NCBI GenBank assembly: GCA_002441085.1
Contig: DJVF01000011.1
Span: 4,514-65,767 of the forward strand
DNA length: 61,254 nt
From: Patescibacteria group bacterium UBA6263
GTDB lineage: Bacteria > Patescibacteriota > Gracilibacteria > Absconditabacterales > Absconditicoccaceae
Direction: 5' to 3'
The first letter of the stretch is position 1. Every line of letters begins with the position of its first letter. Positions 24,801-35,925 of this stretch are shown here, one piece after another. Position numbers and translations under genes: made by a program. A model generated the notes under the pieces. The model did not search any database. It was not told the DNA's origin and was given only the letters and a program-made list of their open reading frames with translations.

Positions 24801-24980
24801 ATATATTCAAAAGACTATCAAAATAAAAAGATAGTACCAATTCTAAAAGAATATTCTGCAAAAAGATATTGAAGAAAAAGAGAATTTGTCGATGCTGAAA
24901 TGCAGGCAAGACTCTGACTTGGGGTAGATGAAACTAATCTCCCAGCTAATGATAATTCGAAGGATGAATTACAGATATAA
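21849..24980 (+). CDS. VirD4/TraD-like (type IV secretion coupling-protein-type) P-loop ATPase, 1043 aa
   Basis: One TM in the N-terminal region. Walker A is HYYCIGKSGTGKS, followed by [12 protein letters not shown]. Walker B is [11 protein letters not shown], followed by [20 protein letters not shown]. Confidence 0.8.
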
Positions 24981-25089
24981 CTCCTATAGTTGTGGATACA
25001 AATTCTATTGAAATGTTTATATATTTAGATATATTTTGGTTATGCTGTTTATAATTTTTGTACTTATATTTATTTTATAATAAATAAAA

Positions 25090-25653
25090 ATGCTATTTGA
25101 TTTTCAAGCATTTGTTTCAGAACTTAGAGAGAAAGAGGATAAGAAACAGATAATAGAGAAATATGAAAAATTGTTTGGAGAAATTAGATGATGAATAAAG
25201 GATCAAGATTGGTATAAAGAATATCTTTCTTTGTTCCCTGGTTTAGACTATATCAATCCAGAAGAGTTGAAAGATGATTTTGATTGGGATTTGTTGCAAA
25301 AACTTGTTATTTGATCTTTTTCTAGTGATTATGAAATCAAAAAAGATAATGATAAATGATGAAAAGAACTTTATATTGCAGTAAAAAGTGGAGATCAAAG
25401 TGTCGTAAAAACTGTTTCAGAATTGTGGTCTTTTCAAGTATTGAGATTGTATGAAATATATGTAGAAGAACAAATGAATTTACATGCTCTAAAAGCTGAA
25501 GATGAAAATGAAAAGAATGCTATTGATCAGGAAAGATCAATGAGAATAACTAGATGGAAAGCTGTTTTGGATACTGTAGATAGAGAAGAATTGTCACAAG
25601 AAGCCAAAAAAGAACAAGAAAGTAAACTTTGAGATTTGATGTGAAAACTTTAA
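25090..25653 (+). CDS. hypothetical protein (187 aa)
   Basis: Continuous frame with TGA=Gly, acidic and coiled-coil-like. No recognisable motif. Confidence 0.5.
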
Positions 25654-25683
25654 ACGTAAAAATATAAAGAAGTATTAAATAGA

Positions 25684-25714
25684 AAATCTTCTCTTTATTG
25701 AGGAGATTTTTTTT
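25684..25714. terminator. intrinsic terminator between convergent transcription units
   Basis: Stem AATCTTCTC / GAGGAGATT (one mismatch) followed by a T-run. Confidence 0.4.
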
Positions 25715-26639
25715 ATAATCAAAGGTATGTGTGTGATAAGAAATCTGGAATTGGCTGTTTGAGAAATGACTCTAATGATATAGTTTTGGTCCAGTATTTT
25801 CATATACCTTTTATATAAAATGTACTTGTTGGTAGATATTCGTTGATTCAAAGTGTTGGTTGTATATCTACACAAAAATTGATTGAGGTTTGAAATTCTT
25901 TGGTGTTTCATAATATAATGAAGCTTTTTAACAATGATGAATGTTTTTTATATTCATTAGATAGGTTGCTTAATCATATTGGTATATTGGATCAATAAAC
26001 TTCAAATGAATTTTTAAAATCGTTGATTATATTTGGATTGTTTGTAGATCAAGTTTTTATAAATATTCAATCTTGTAATATATCTGATCATGACATTATG
26101 ATTATTCATATTGTTATTTCTTTGTTTGGAGAAGGTGTTTTTAATTTTATGTTTGGTAATTTATCTGCCATATTTTTATAAGTTGGGCTGTTGATCAATT
26201 TATCATAGTTTGTGCCTAAATTTATTTGTCTAAATAAAGGTAATATAAATGATTGTCATGTATTTAATGATATAGGATTGTTGCATCAAGTATCAGTCCG
26301 TGTATTTAGAGAAAAAGAATTAGAATTTCAAGATATGCTTGTATAAAGATTACAATTTTTACATAAAAAATTTGATTGCACAATATCGTCTCATGTATTT
26401 ATAGTATTTTCAAATCAGACTCAGTTGTTTTGTATCTGGGTTAAAGATATTTCCAATCAGGCTTTGGATAAATAATATGATTTGTAATATCCATGTATTA
26501 TATTGTTGTATTCCATCAATTCTCTAATATAATTGGTGCTTAATATTCAAATCAATGAAGATGCTATCAATATAAAAAGAACCAAAATACTTATATTTCA
26601 TTTATTATTAATCTTTTTTGACTCATGATTGTTAGTCAT
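25713..26639 (-). CDS. PilX-like minor pilin / pilus-associated protein (308 aa)
   Basis: It has the hydrophobic N-terminus GNISILVLFILIASSLIGILS but no G|FTLIE motif. Its start overlaps the upstream pilin stop. It is the last gene of the pil operon. Confidence 0.5.
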
Positions 26640-27273
26640 TGTTATCTATTGAATTAAAAAATTGTTGTATAGGGATATTTATTCTATTGTATCGATGCTG
26701 ATTGTATGTGATAGAATAGGCTTTGGATATAATAAAAAATCATGGCTTGTGTATGCATCCTATATAGTTTGTACAGGTTGATATTCAATTAATATAATTT
26801 TGAGGGGAATCATATGGTACTATTTTGAATATAACTTGAGATAAATATGTAGTTTTGGGATTGCTTATATCGACTATTTGTCAATTATTATTTACCTGTA
26901 AATGACATTGATATCATCATGTTAAAAAATCTATACTTATTCATGGATCTAAGCAAGTTCATGTACTATATATTTCAATATTTCAATCTTGTCAGCTTAG
27001 ATATAGTATCTTGGTAAGTCATTTTTTGATTGATAGAAATCATGTTCATAGCTTGGTATGATATTTGTCATAATCTATGCTATTTCTGTCAGAAAAATTT
27101 TGTATTATTTGAGATATAAATAAGATTTCTTGTGTAACTTTTTTTTCTTGTTCTATCCTAAATGATATTTGAGAAATAAAAGTATATGTTTTCATCAAAA
27201 CAATAGATAAAATTCATATTATCACAAGTACTATAATTGTTTCGACTAGTGTAAATCATTTGGCTTTGTTCAT
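26632..27273 (-). CDS. type IV pilin-like protein (prepilin N-terminal methylation motif)
   Basis: MNKAKGFTLVETIIVLVIIGILS. The cleavage-site Gly is a TGA codon. Confidence 0.8.
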
Positions 27274-27277
27274 TTGG

Positions 27278-27880
27278 CTAATATTCTCCTATAAAACTTT
27301 CTAAAACAATTTCTCATGTCTTGGATCATTTGCTAAACATTACATGAGATTCTAATTTAATTATTTTATCAGTTGGTAATATTTGTCACAATTCTATTAT
27401 TCAAGTAAGTACTATATATCTCGAAAATATAGTTGTTTGTCAATCGGTATTGTTGTGATTGTACCAAAAAATTGTATTTCAATTTATATTTCATGAATGG
27501 TAGTATAGTCTATTATCTTGGAAATTATTGGAGTTTGTCCATTTAAATTTGGGATATTTGTCTGGTTCTAGTCATATTTGTAAATATTTTCATAAAGTCC
27601 CAGAAGCGAATGTTCAATCGCAAAATTGAGTGAGAGGAGTTATATTTTGAGGATCTGTAAATATACAGTTTCGATTTAGTTCTTTGGCAAGGTTAGCATC
27701 TCTAGCATTGAATACTAGTTCAATTCATTCTTTGGCTAAAAAGGTTGCTATATTTTTGGTTTTTGTATCATCTAATTTTTGTAAATTATTTGTAATTAAA
27801 TAAAAAACTGCCATTATTCATATTGAAAAAACAGCTATTATTATAATTATTTCTATTAAGGTGAATCACTTATTTTTCAT
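27278..27880 (-). CDS. type IV pilin-like protein
   Basis: MKNKGFTLIEIIIIIAVFSIGIMAV. The cleavage-site Gly is a TGA codon. Confidence 0.8.
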
Positions 27881-27988
27881 GATTTATATTATCTATAAAC
27901 TTTATTTTTCATTGCATGAAACAATAGTTCAAAGGTAATATAAGGTTTGTATTTTTATATTCAAGATTAAGTCATTTTGTTTTTGATT

Positions 27989-28540
27989 TTAATTTGAACA
28001 AATTTCCTGTATGATTTTACAATTTTGTGAAAGTATATACATACAATATTTTGTGTTTTGATTTATAGTGATTTGAAAATCTAATTTTGTTCATGTATTA
28101 TTGTTTTGGTCTTTTATAGTGCATCATAATTTGTATGGAGATATTTCTATTGTAGCCTTATTTTGATTTGAAGCTCAGTCGACCTTTATATTGTTGGTTT
28201 GAATAATATCTATTTCTTTTTTGCCAGTATAAATATAATTATCTCAAATATATGAATAAAAAATTGAATTATTTCATGAAAATATTTCTAAATTCAATGT
28301 ATTGAAACGATTTTGTTTTATATAGTTGGATTCTAATGAGCTGCTATAAAATCAATTAAATGCTGATGTAAATTCTTCTTTAGCTGTTTTGTATTTTAGT
28401 TTAAATATATTTTCTGATCCAAAATAAATTGTCATTCACAAAATTAAGCTTATTACAACCAATATTATAATTATTTCTATCAGAGTAAATCATGATTTGA
28501 TGTTATATTTGCCTATTTTTTTATGCTTTATTATACTCAT
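27989..28540 (-). CDS. type IV pilin-like protein
   Basis: MSIIKHKKIGKYNIKSGFTLIEIIIILVVISLIL. Its start overlaps the pilC stop by 10 nt. Confidence 0.8.
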
Positions 28541-29655
28541 ACTCATTCCATTATTTGTAATATAAGTCAAAACACTCCCAGAGCTATAATAACTATAACA
28601 ACTCATATAAAAACCAATATAACCGGTTCTATAACTTTTGCAAGACGATTGATATTGTTGTCTAATTCTTCTTCATACATTCTAAGAACATTGTCTAATG
28701 AACTTTGTAGATTAGCAGTCTCTTCTCATACTTTTATAAGAGCTGAAACATTACTTGGTATCAAATATGTTTGATCTTTAATAGTTTCGTATATTGTTTC
28801 TCATTTTTGAAGTCATATTAGAGTATTTTCTATCATATTTTGATATATTGGTATATTTAATATGTCTTTGAGTATTTGAAAAGTTTCTATATAATTCATT
28901 CATGATTCCAACATAATCCTGGTATATCTACATCGTTTTATTAAATAGTAATATTTTGTTAATTTACCAAATAATGGGATTTTTAATAAAGTTGAAAATC
29001 GCTTTTTTTTGCCAGTATCTGTAGATGAAAAAATTAATAAAATAGTTATAGTCGATACTATGATTCGCATTATTCATTTTCGATTTTCTTTTGTTCAATC
29101 TGCTATATTTTTTAATATAACGGTAACCCTTGGTAATTTAACATTTTCAAAGCTATTTGCTATTTCAAAAATTCATGGCAAAACAAATGCAAATAAAGAT
29201 ATCATAGCTACTATGGTTATTACTATTAGTATAGTAGGATAAGTCAAAGCCATCATATATTTATTTTTGATTTCATTCATATAAGTGTATTCATCTGCAA
29301 GGGACTTTAGTATTTGTACTATATTTCATGATCTTTCTCAAGCTTTGACTATACTATAATCTTTCTCATCAAAATAATCTGGTAGTCTATTGAAAGCATA
29401 TGATAGTTCCTTTCATTGTATCAGATAATGATTTACATTTTTGGATATTTCTTTTACAGAATAGTTATCAGAACTGCTTTCTATTATTTTCATAGCTTCA
29501 GATAATGCTACTCATCAATTTATTAAATATGATAATTGTCTAAAAAATATAACTTTTTCTTTGCTTCAAAAAGTTCATTTATCCATTTCACGTAAAAATG
29601 AAAGTATAGCTTTGTCTATCAGATTTGTATTGTATTTTTTATTTGATTTTTCCAT
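28531..29655 (-). CDS. pilC: type IV pilus platform protein PilC (GspF family)
   Basis: FFRQLSYLINGGVALSEAM, VKAGERSGNIVQILKSLADEY, LIKVGEETANLQSSLDNVLRMYEEE, VIEPVILVFIGVVIVIIALGVFGL. Confidence 0.9.
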
Positions 29656-29670
29656 TTTATATTACTGATT

Positions 29671-30432
29671 TTATTTATAATAAAATGCTTTTAAATATAT
29701 ATCTACATTCTGTTCTTTTTCATAAGACATAAGATCATAAGATATTTCATCAATCTTGTACAATATACGCAAATCTGTTTGTGGGTTTATTTTTCTTTCT
29801 ATATTGTGTATAAATGATAGTAGAGTATCTTTATTTTCAAAAGTTATATTCAAATATACATTTACGTAATATAGATTATTTTTGAACTCTGTAGGATCTC
29901 AGATTCCAATATTATTTATTTCTCAATTCTTTGCTGATCCTGTAAAATTTTCTTTTGTCAAATATTCATTTATATTTTTAAGAATCAACTTTTCATCTAC
30001 AGTCATTTTTTCACTAGTTAGACTGTTTGCTTGTAGATATGAAACAGCTTCTGAAAAATTTTTCTTGATTTCAGGATCTATTTGTTCACATCATTGCTGA
30101 TTATTTATGCACTCTAATATTGCGTTTTCTCAATTTTCTATCTTCAAAGAAAGATCTATATCTGCTTGTAATTTTTGCTGTTTATTTCAAAAATCTTTCA
30201 CTTCTGTTTTTATCGATTCTAGGTTTTGTTTGGAACTTTGAAAAACCTCTTGTTTGGGAAGTGCATAATTGAATATTCATATTAGTATCAATATGGTCAT
30301 TATTATTGAGTATATTCTATATCTTATAGACACTATCCTGATTTGTCCCATTTCAACTTTTTCTTCATCTTCTACTTGTAGATAAGATTTGGACTTTTTT
30401 AGAATGTTTTCTATTATATTATTATTTTTCAT
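29671..30432 (-). CDS. PilO-like pilus assembly protein
   Basis: One TM, then a coiled coil. The C-terminal part YYVNVYLNITFENKDTLLSFIHNIERK resembles the PilO fold signature. Its position is between the pilN-like gene and pilC. Confidence 0.55.
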
Positions 30433-30967
30433 TGGACTTTATTTTAGCATTTAAAACAAACTCAAAATATCTTTCTCACGTTTTATCATAAGTTTTTATT
30501 TCCATATTTTCTATAAAATCTAAATCTTCAAATCTATCTATAAGTGATTTAAAACTCCCAGATGGAGAATTGTAATATAGTAATCTTAAATTTGATACTT
30601 TTCATTTTAAACTAATTTCATTTAAATTTACTTTGAAATCTGATAAAATAATAGATTCACTTCATGAATTTATTGACTTTAGATCTTCTAATATTGATAT
30701 TATTTTGGGTATGTGTTCTGACCATGGCATAGATTGTGATGAATTTTCCAGTTCTCTTATGAGATATAATTTGTTATATCAAGTAGTCTGTTTATATTTT
30801 TCTAGTTCTATATTTTGTTGCTTTAGTATTTCTTGATTGTTTTTGATCCTTTGCTTGGTAATTTGATTTCATAGTTGGAAATATACATAAAAAAATACAG
30901 TTATAATAAATATAGCCGCAAGAAATTTGAATGTACTTTCTCGTCTAGATACAGATTGTGATTCCAT
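30422..30967 (-). CDS. PilN-like pilus assembly protein
   Basis: Short N-terminus, TM (FKFLAAIFIITVFFYVYF), then a coiled coil and ISLKGKVSNLRLLYY..FKSLIDRFEDLDFIENMEI. It overlaps the next gene by 11 nt. Confidence 0.55.
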
Positions 30968-31240
30968 GGATTATTATATAAAATAAAATTTATAATTTTT
31001 GTAGATAGTTATTACACTCAAATTATATACCTTGTTGTGAAATTTGCAAAAGCTTAGTTTAGTTTATTAAATTTTAATTTACATTATCTATATTATGTGA
31101 TATAATATGCTATTGATGAGATTAAATTTGTTTGAGTATTGTGATAATGACTAAAATTCTAAAAAATTGTTTTGTTTATTCTTGAAAGTGATTAATCTTT
31201 TTTTATAAGTGAACGATGTTTTTATTATTTTTTTGAAAAT

Positions 31241-34200
31241 ATGAACCAGAAAGATTTGATAAATAGTATGCTCGAATATCGAAAAAAATATGATATCTTT
31301 AAAAAATCTGTTGATCAAAGATCAGATAAATTACAATCAACAACATATGATTGACCTCCTTTTGCGTCTTGAACTCCACATTTTGGACATGGATTGACTT
31401 CGTCAATGAAAGACACTATTTTTAGATACAAAAGTATGAAGTGATATAGGGTCAATAGAGATTGGTGATGGGATTGTCATGGATTGCCTGTAGAAAAATA
31501 TGTAGAGAAAAAATTGTGAATTGATGGTAAAAGAGATATAGAGGAAAAAATAGGAGTAGAAAAATTTATTGAAGAATGTAGGGCTTCTGTAGGTAATATT
31601 AGTTGAGAATGGAGAACTTTTGTTGATCAGATATGAAGACGAGCCGACATGGATAATGCATATTTTACAATGGATCTGGATTTTATGGAATCGGTAATAC
31701 GAGTTTTTCAGAATATGTATAATCAAAATCTGGTTTATAAATGATTTAAAGTGCAACGATGTTGTCCTAGTTGTGCAACTGCGCTTTCCAATTCTGAAGT
31801 AAATGATTGATACAAAGATAAACAAGATCAGGCTATAACTATAAAATTTAAAATAAATGGTGGCATTAAAAATCGAGAAGGTTCGGAAACGACTTCTGAT
31901 TTATGTGTCCATGTTGTTACATGTGCCATCAAACAAGATAATAAATTTCTTCAATTTTATCACTCAAAGAGCCTAAGATATGAATTTCCTGGTGGGAAAA
32001 TAGAAAAATGATTTACTATCATGGATACCGTAAAAAAAGAAATTAAAGAAGAACTTGGTGTTGAGGTAAACGAAATTATTGAACTTTGAAGTTTCAAAGA
32101 AATCATAAAATGACATCTTTTGAATTTACATTACGTAGATGTGATTATAGAAGGCGAACCGAAAAATATGGAACCAGAAAAACATCCACAAATGATTTGG
32201 GCTGAAGTTATTAAATCTGAAAATAATCTGTGATTTGCAGTGAAGATTGAAAATACTATCATTGATGATGGTTTTGAAATTATGAATCAGTTTCCTGATC
32301 TGTATTACTATCATAAAAATTTTGCTAAAGAAATTACTAAATTGCAACAAAAAGAACCAGCTAATATTAATATTCTTGCATGGACTACTACTCCACGAAC
32401 TTTACCTAGTAATATGTTTTTGGCTGTAGGTAGCGATATTCGTTATTACATGGTTTTTGATAAAAGTAGTAAAGAATATTATGTAATAGCTGAAAGTCTA
32501 ATTAAACAATATTATAAGGATAGTAATGAATATATTCTGATTAATGTTTTGAAATGATCTGATTTGGAATGAATAAAATATGAACCGCTTTTCCCATACA
32601 TAAATCAAAGTAATATTGATCAAAAATATAAAGATCAGTTTTTTCAGATTATTAGCTGAGAATTTGTAAGTACAGAAGATGGTACTTGAATAGTACATAT
32701 TGCGCCAGGATTTGGAATGGAGGATTTTGATGCAGTTACAAAAATTTTACCTAGGGAAGATTCTAAAAATTGGCTTTTTATGCCTGTAAATGACTTTGGA
32801 GAATTTACAGATCAAGTAAATGATTATCAGGGGAAATCTGTTTTTGATGTAAATAAAGAGGTAATTACAAGACTTAAAGAAGAAAAAAAACTTATATGAC
32901 AGAGATCTTATTCCCATTCTTATCCTCATTGTTGGAGATGTGAAACTCCATTGATATCCAAAGCAATTACTTCTTGGTTTATCAAAGAACAAGAACTTAC
33001 AAAAATAACAGTTCCAAATGCTGAAAATATTTGATTTGTACCTGAAACTGTAAAAAATAGATTTCGCGATACTCTCAATTCTGCTCCAGATTGGAATATT
33101 TCTAGAAATAGATATCGATGATCTCCGTTACCTGTCCGAGAAAATGTCAATAATGAAGATGATAAAATGATTGTATGAACATTGGATGAAATATGGAAAA
33201 ATTCTATAAATTGATCTAAAAACCTTACAAAGCTCGTTTTTGTAAGGCATTGAAAATCTGAATATAACGTTCCAGTGCCACATTTAGTCGATAATTATGG
33301 CAAAGCTCATCTTGTAGATGAATGAAAAGAGCAAGCAAAAAAACTTGTTGAAAATTTAAGATTTTTGTCTGAAGATATAGATAATGTTGTATTTGTTATA
33401 TCACCATTGCCTAGAGCTTTTGAAACAATATTGCCATACCTTGAAAAAATATTGTGAAAATCTGAGATGAAAATTGTAGTTAAAGAATATGAAAAGGTTT
33501 TGCAAAATTATCAAAAACTTTATGATGAATGAAAACTATATAATTATATAATTGAATCTTGAGATAAAAATAGATTTGAGATATGAAAAAATATATATAT
33601 TGATTTTAGAGCAATCGAAATGTTTATACCTGAATATCAGGACAAGGAACATGATTGTAAAATTTTGAAACGAGAGGATGTAAAGCAATGAAAATGATGA
33701 GAATCTATGTTTGATATGTACAAAAGATGTGATTGATATTTACTTGATATTACATCAAAATTTAAAACCAAAACTGTTGTTACTGTCTCTCATGCAGAAG
33801 CAACGCTGATGATGTTTAAAAAAATTAGAGATTTTGATTACAATAAAAAGAAAAAAAACTTTATGCTGCGCAATGGAGAGATTAAAATTTATTATCGAGA
33901 TAATGATCATAATAAAGAAGTAGATTTACATAAACCTTATGTAGATAGTTATCGATTTAATATAGATTGAAATGAATATCGTAGGATACCTGAAGTAATG
34001 GATTGTTGGTTTGAATCTTGATCTATGCCATTTGGACAAGCATGATATATTTGAGTCGAAAGCAAAAAGTCCTTAGTTTATCCTGCAGAATTTATTATTG
34101 AGTGATTGGATCAGACTAGAGGGTGGTTTAGAGCAATGCATGTTGTAGGTAATGCAATTATGAAAAAAAATTCTTTTGATAATGTTATTATCAATGGTAT

Positions 34201-35365
34201 GATACTTGCTGAAGATGGTCGTAAAATGTCTAAAAGTTTAAATAATTATCCTGATCCCAAGTACGTTTTTGAAAGATATTGATCTGATGCTTATAGGTTG
34301 TACTTATTATCTTCTCCTGCTGTTAGAGCTGAGCCAATGAGATTTGCAGAGAAGTGAGTAGATCAGATTTATAAGGATTTTACAAGTGCTATTATCAATT
34401 CTTATAATTTTTTTGAGACTTATGCTAATGTAGATAATTTCAAATCTGATTGAACTAATGTTTATTTTGTAGGACATACTGAATCAGATTGAAAAGATGT
34501 TGACTCAGAAACTTCATCAAAATGAATAGAATCTATGAAAGATAAAAAATTGATTGAAGATGTAATTAGAACTAATCCTGATATTATTTATGTTTCTCCC
34601 ACTAAAAGAACAATCCAAACTGCTGAAAAATTTGCAGAAATATTAAAAGAATATACATGAAAAATTGTAGAAATAAAGATTGAAGAATCTTTGGCTTCAG
34701 AGGGAGATAGTATAGAATTTTATAATGATGTCTTGAATATAGATAAATCAAAAACAATTTTGATAGTATCTCATCTTTCAAGCTTCAAAAAATTATGGGC
34801 TAATATTTTTGATGATTCAAAAGATGCTAATATCAATCATCTTGAATTTATCAAATTGCCAAGCTACAAGATTGAAAATGAATTAGACAAGTGGATATTA
34901 GCTGAATTGAATAAGGTCTGAATAGAAATGGAATGATTTATGGATGTTTATGTTCTTGATGGTGCAGCTAAATCTGTTCTTGGATTTGTAGATAAAATGA
35001 ATAATCGATATATAAGGAGATCTAGAAGAAGGTTTTGGTCTTCGGGTATGAATTTGGATAAAATATCTGCTTATAATACATTACTAGAAGTAATGGAAAC
35101 TTATATGAAAATATGTTCTTGTTTTGCGCCATTTATATCAGAATATATATATCTTAAGTTGCAAAATTTTAAAAATATTGATTTTGTAGATTGAGAATCT
35201 GTCCATTTAAAAACATTACCTATTTTTAATAAATTATATGTAGATAAAAGTCTTTTAGATGAGATAGCTACAGTTAGGAGAATAATATCTTTAGGGCTGT
35301 TTATAAGATCTAAAAATGGTATAAAAGTTAAACAGCCTTTGGGTGTAATGCATATAAAATTTTAA
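31241..35365 (+). CDS. ileS: isoleucyl-tRNA synthetase (type 2-like), 1374 aa, with three inserted domains and no C-terminal domain
   Basis: The HIGH motif is PHFGHGL and the KMSKS motif is RKMSKSL. Other IleRS motifs are GWDCHGLP, AWTTTP(CGA)[21 protein letters not shown](CGA)GSPLP and DQTRGWF. The gene ends 10 codons after IKVKQPL. Confidence 0.9.
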
Positions 35366-35463
35366 TTTAAAAACATATTTGGACATTAAATTCTTTTGTA
35401 TTGAATTATTTATAAATTTTATTAGTATTGTGATTGATTGTTTTATTATCTAAATAAATTTTT

Positions 35464-35784
35464 ATGCCAACAAAAAAACCAAGTCCCAAAAAAAAGGTTA
35501 CTACAAAGAAAACAAATTTTGATAAAAAACTACAGGAGGTAAAGAAAACTGTTGAAAGTGAAGCAAAGTTTGTAGAAAAAGAATCCAAAGAGATTGCTAC
35601 TTGAATTAGTAAACGATGGAAAATTTCTTCTTGAGAAGAGAAACTGTATTCTATTTTTTGAATTATTTTATTGGTTATAGGTTTGTATATTTTATTAAAT
35701 AATTGATGGTGGTTGTTTGTAAGTGCTATTTTTATTATACTTTGAATTCTTTTTGTTTCTGGATACTTTCATAAAAGTAAATAA
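35464..35784 (+). CDS. small membrane protein (106 aa), Lys-rich N-terminus
   Basis: MPTKKPSPKKKVTTKK.., then two hydrophobic segments and a TAA stop, followed by a terminator. Confidence 0.5.
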
Positions 35785-35800
35785 TAATGTAATTCTTATC

Positions 35801-35836
35801 AAAATAATCAGGTGTCTTTGGACTCCTGATTTTTTG
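35801..35836 (+). terminator. intrinsic terminator
   Basis: Stem AATCAGGTGTC / GACTCCTGATT (one mismatch) followed by a T-run. Confidence 0.6.
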
Positions 35837-35925
35837 TTGTAAAAAACTATAAAAACTGTAGATTATTTATGTTTAATAAATATAATTTATGTTTGATTTA
35901 TTGTTTTAATATCTTAAATTATCAT

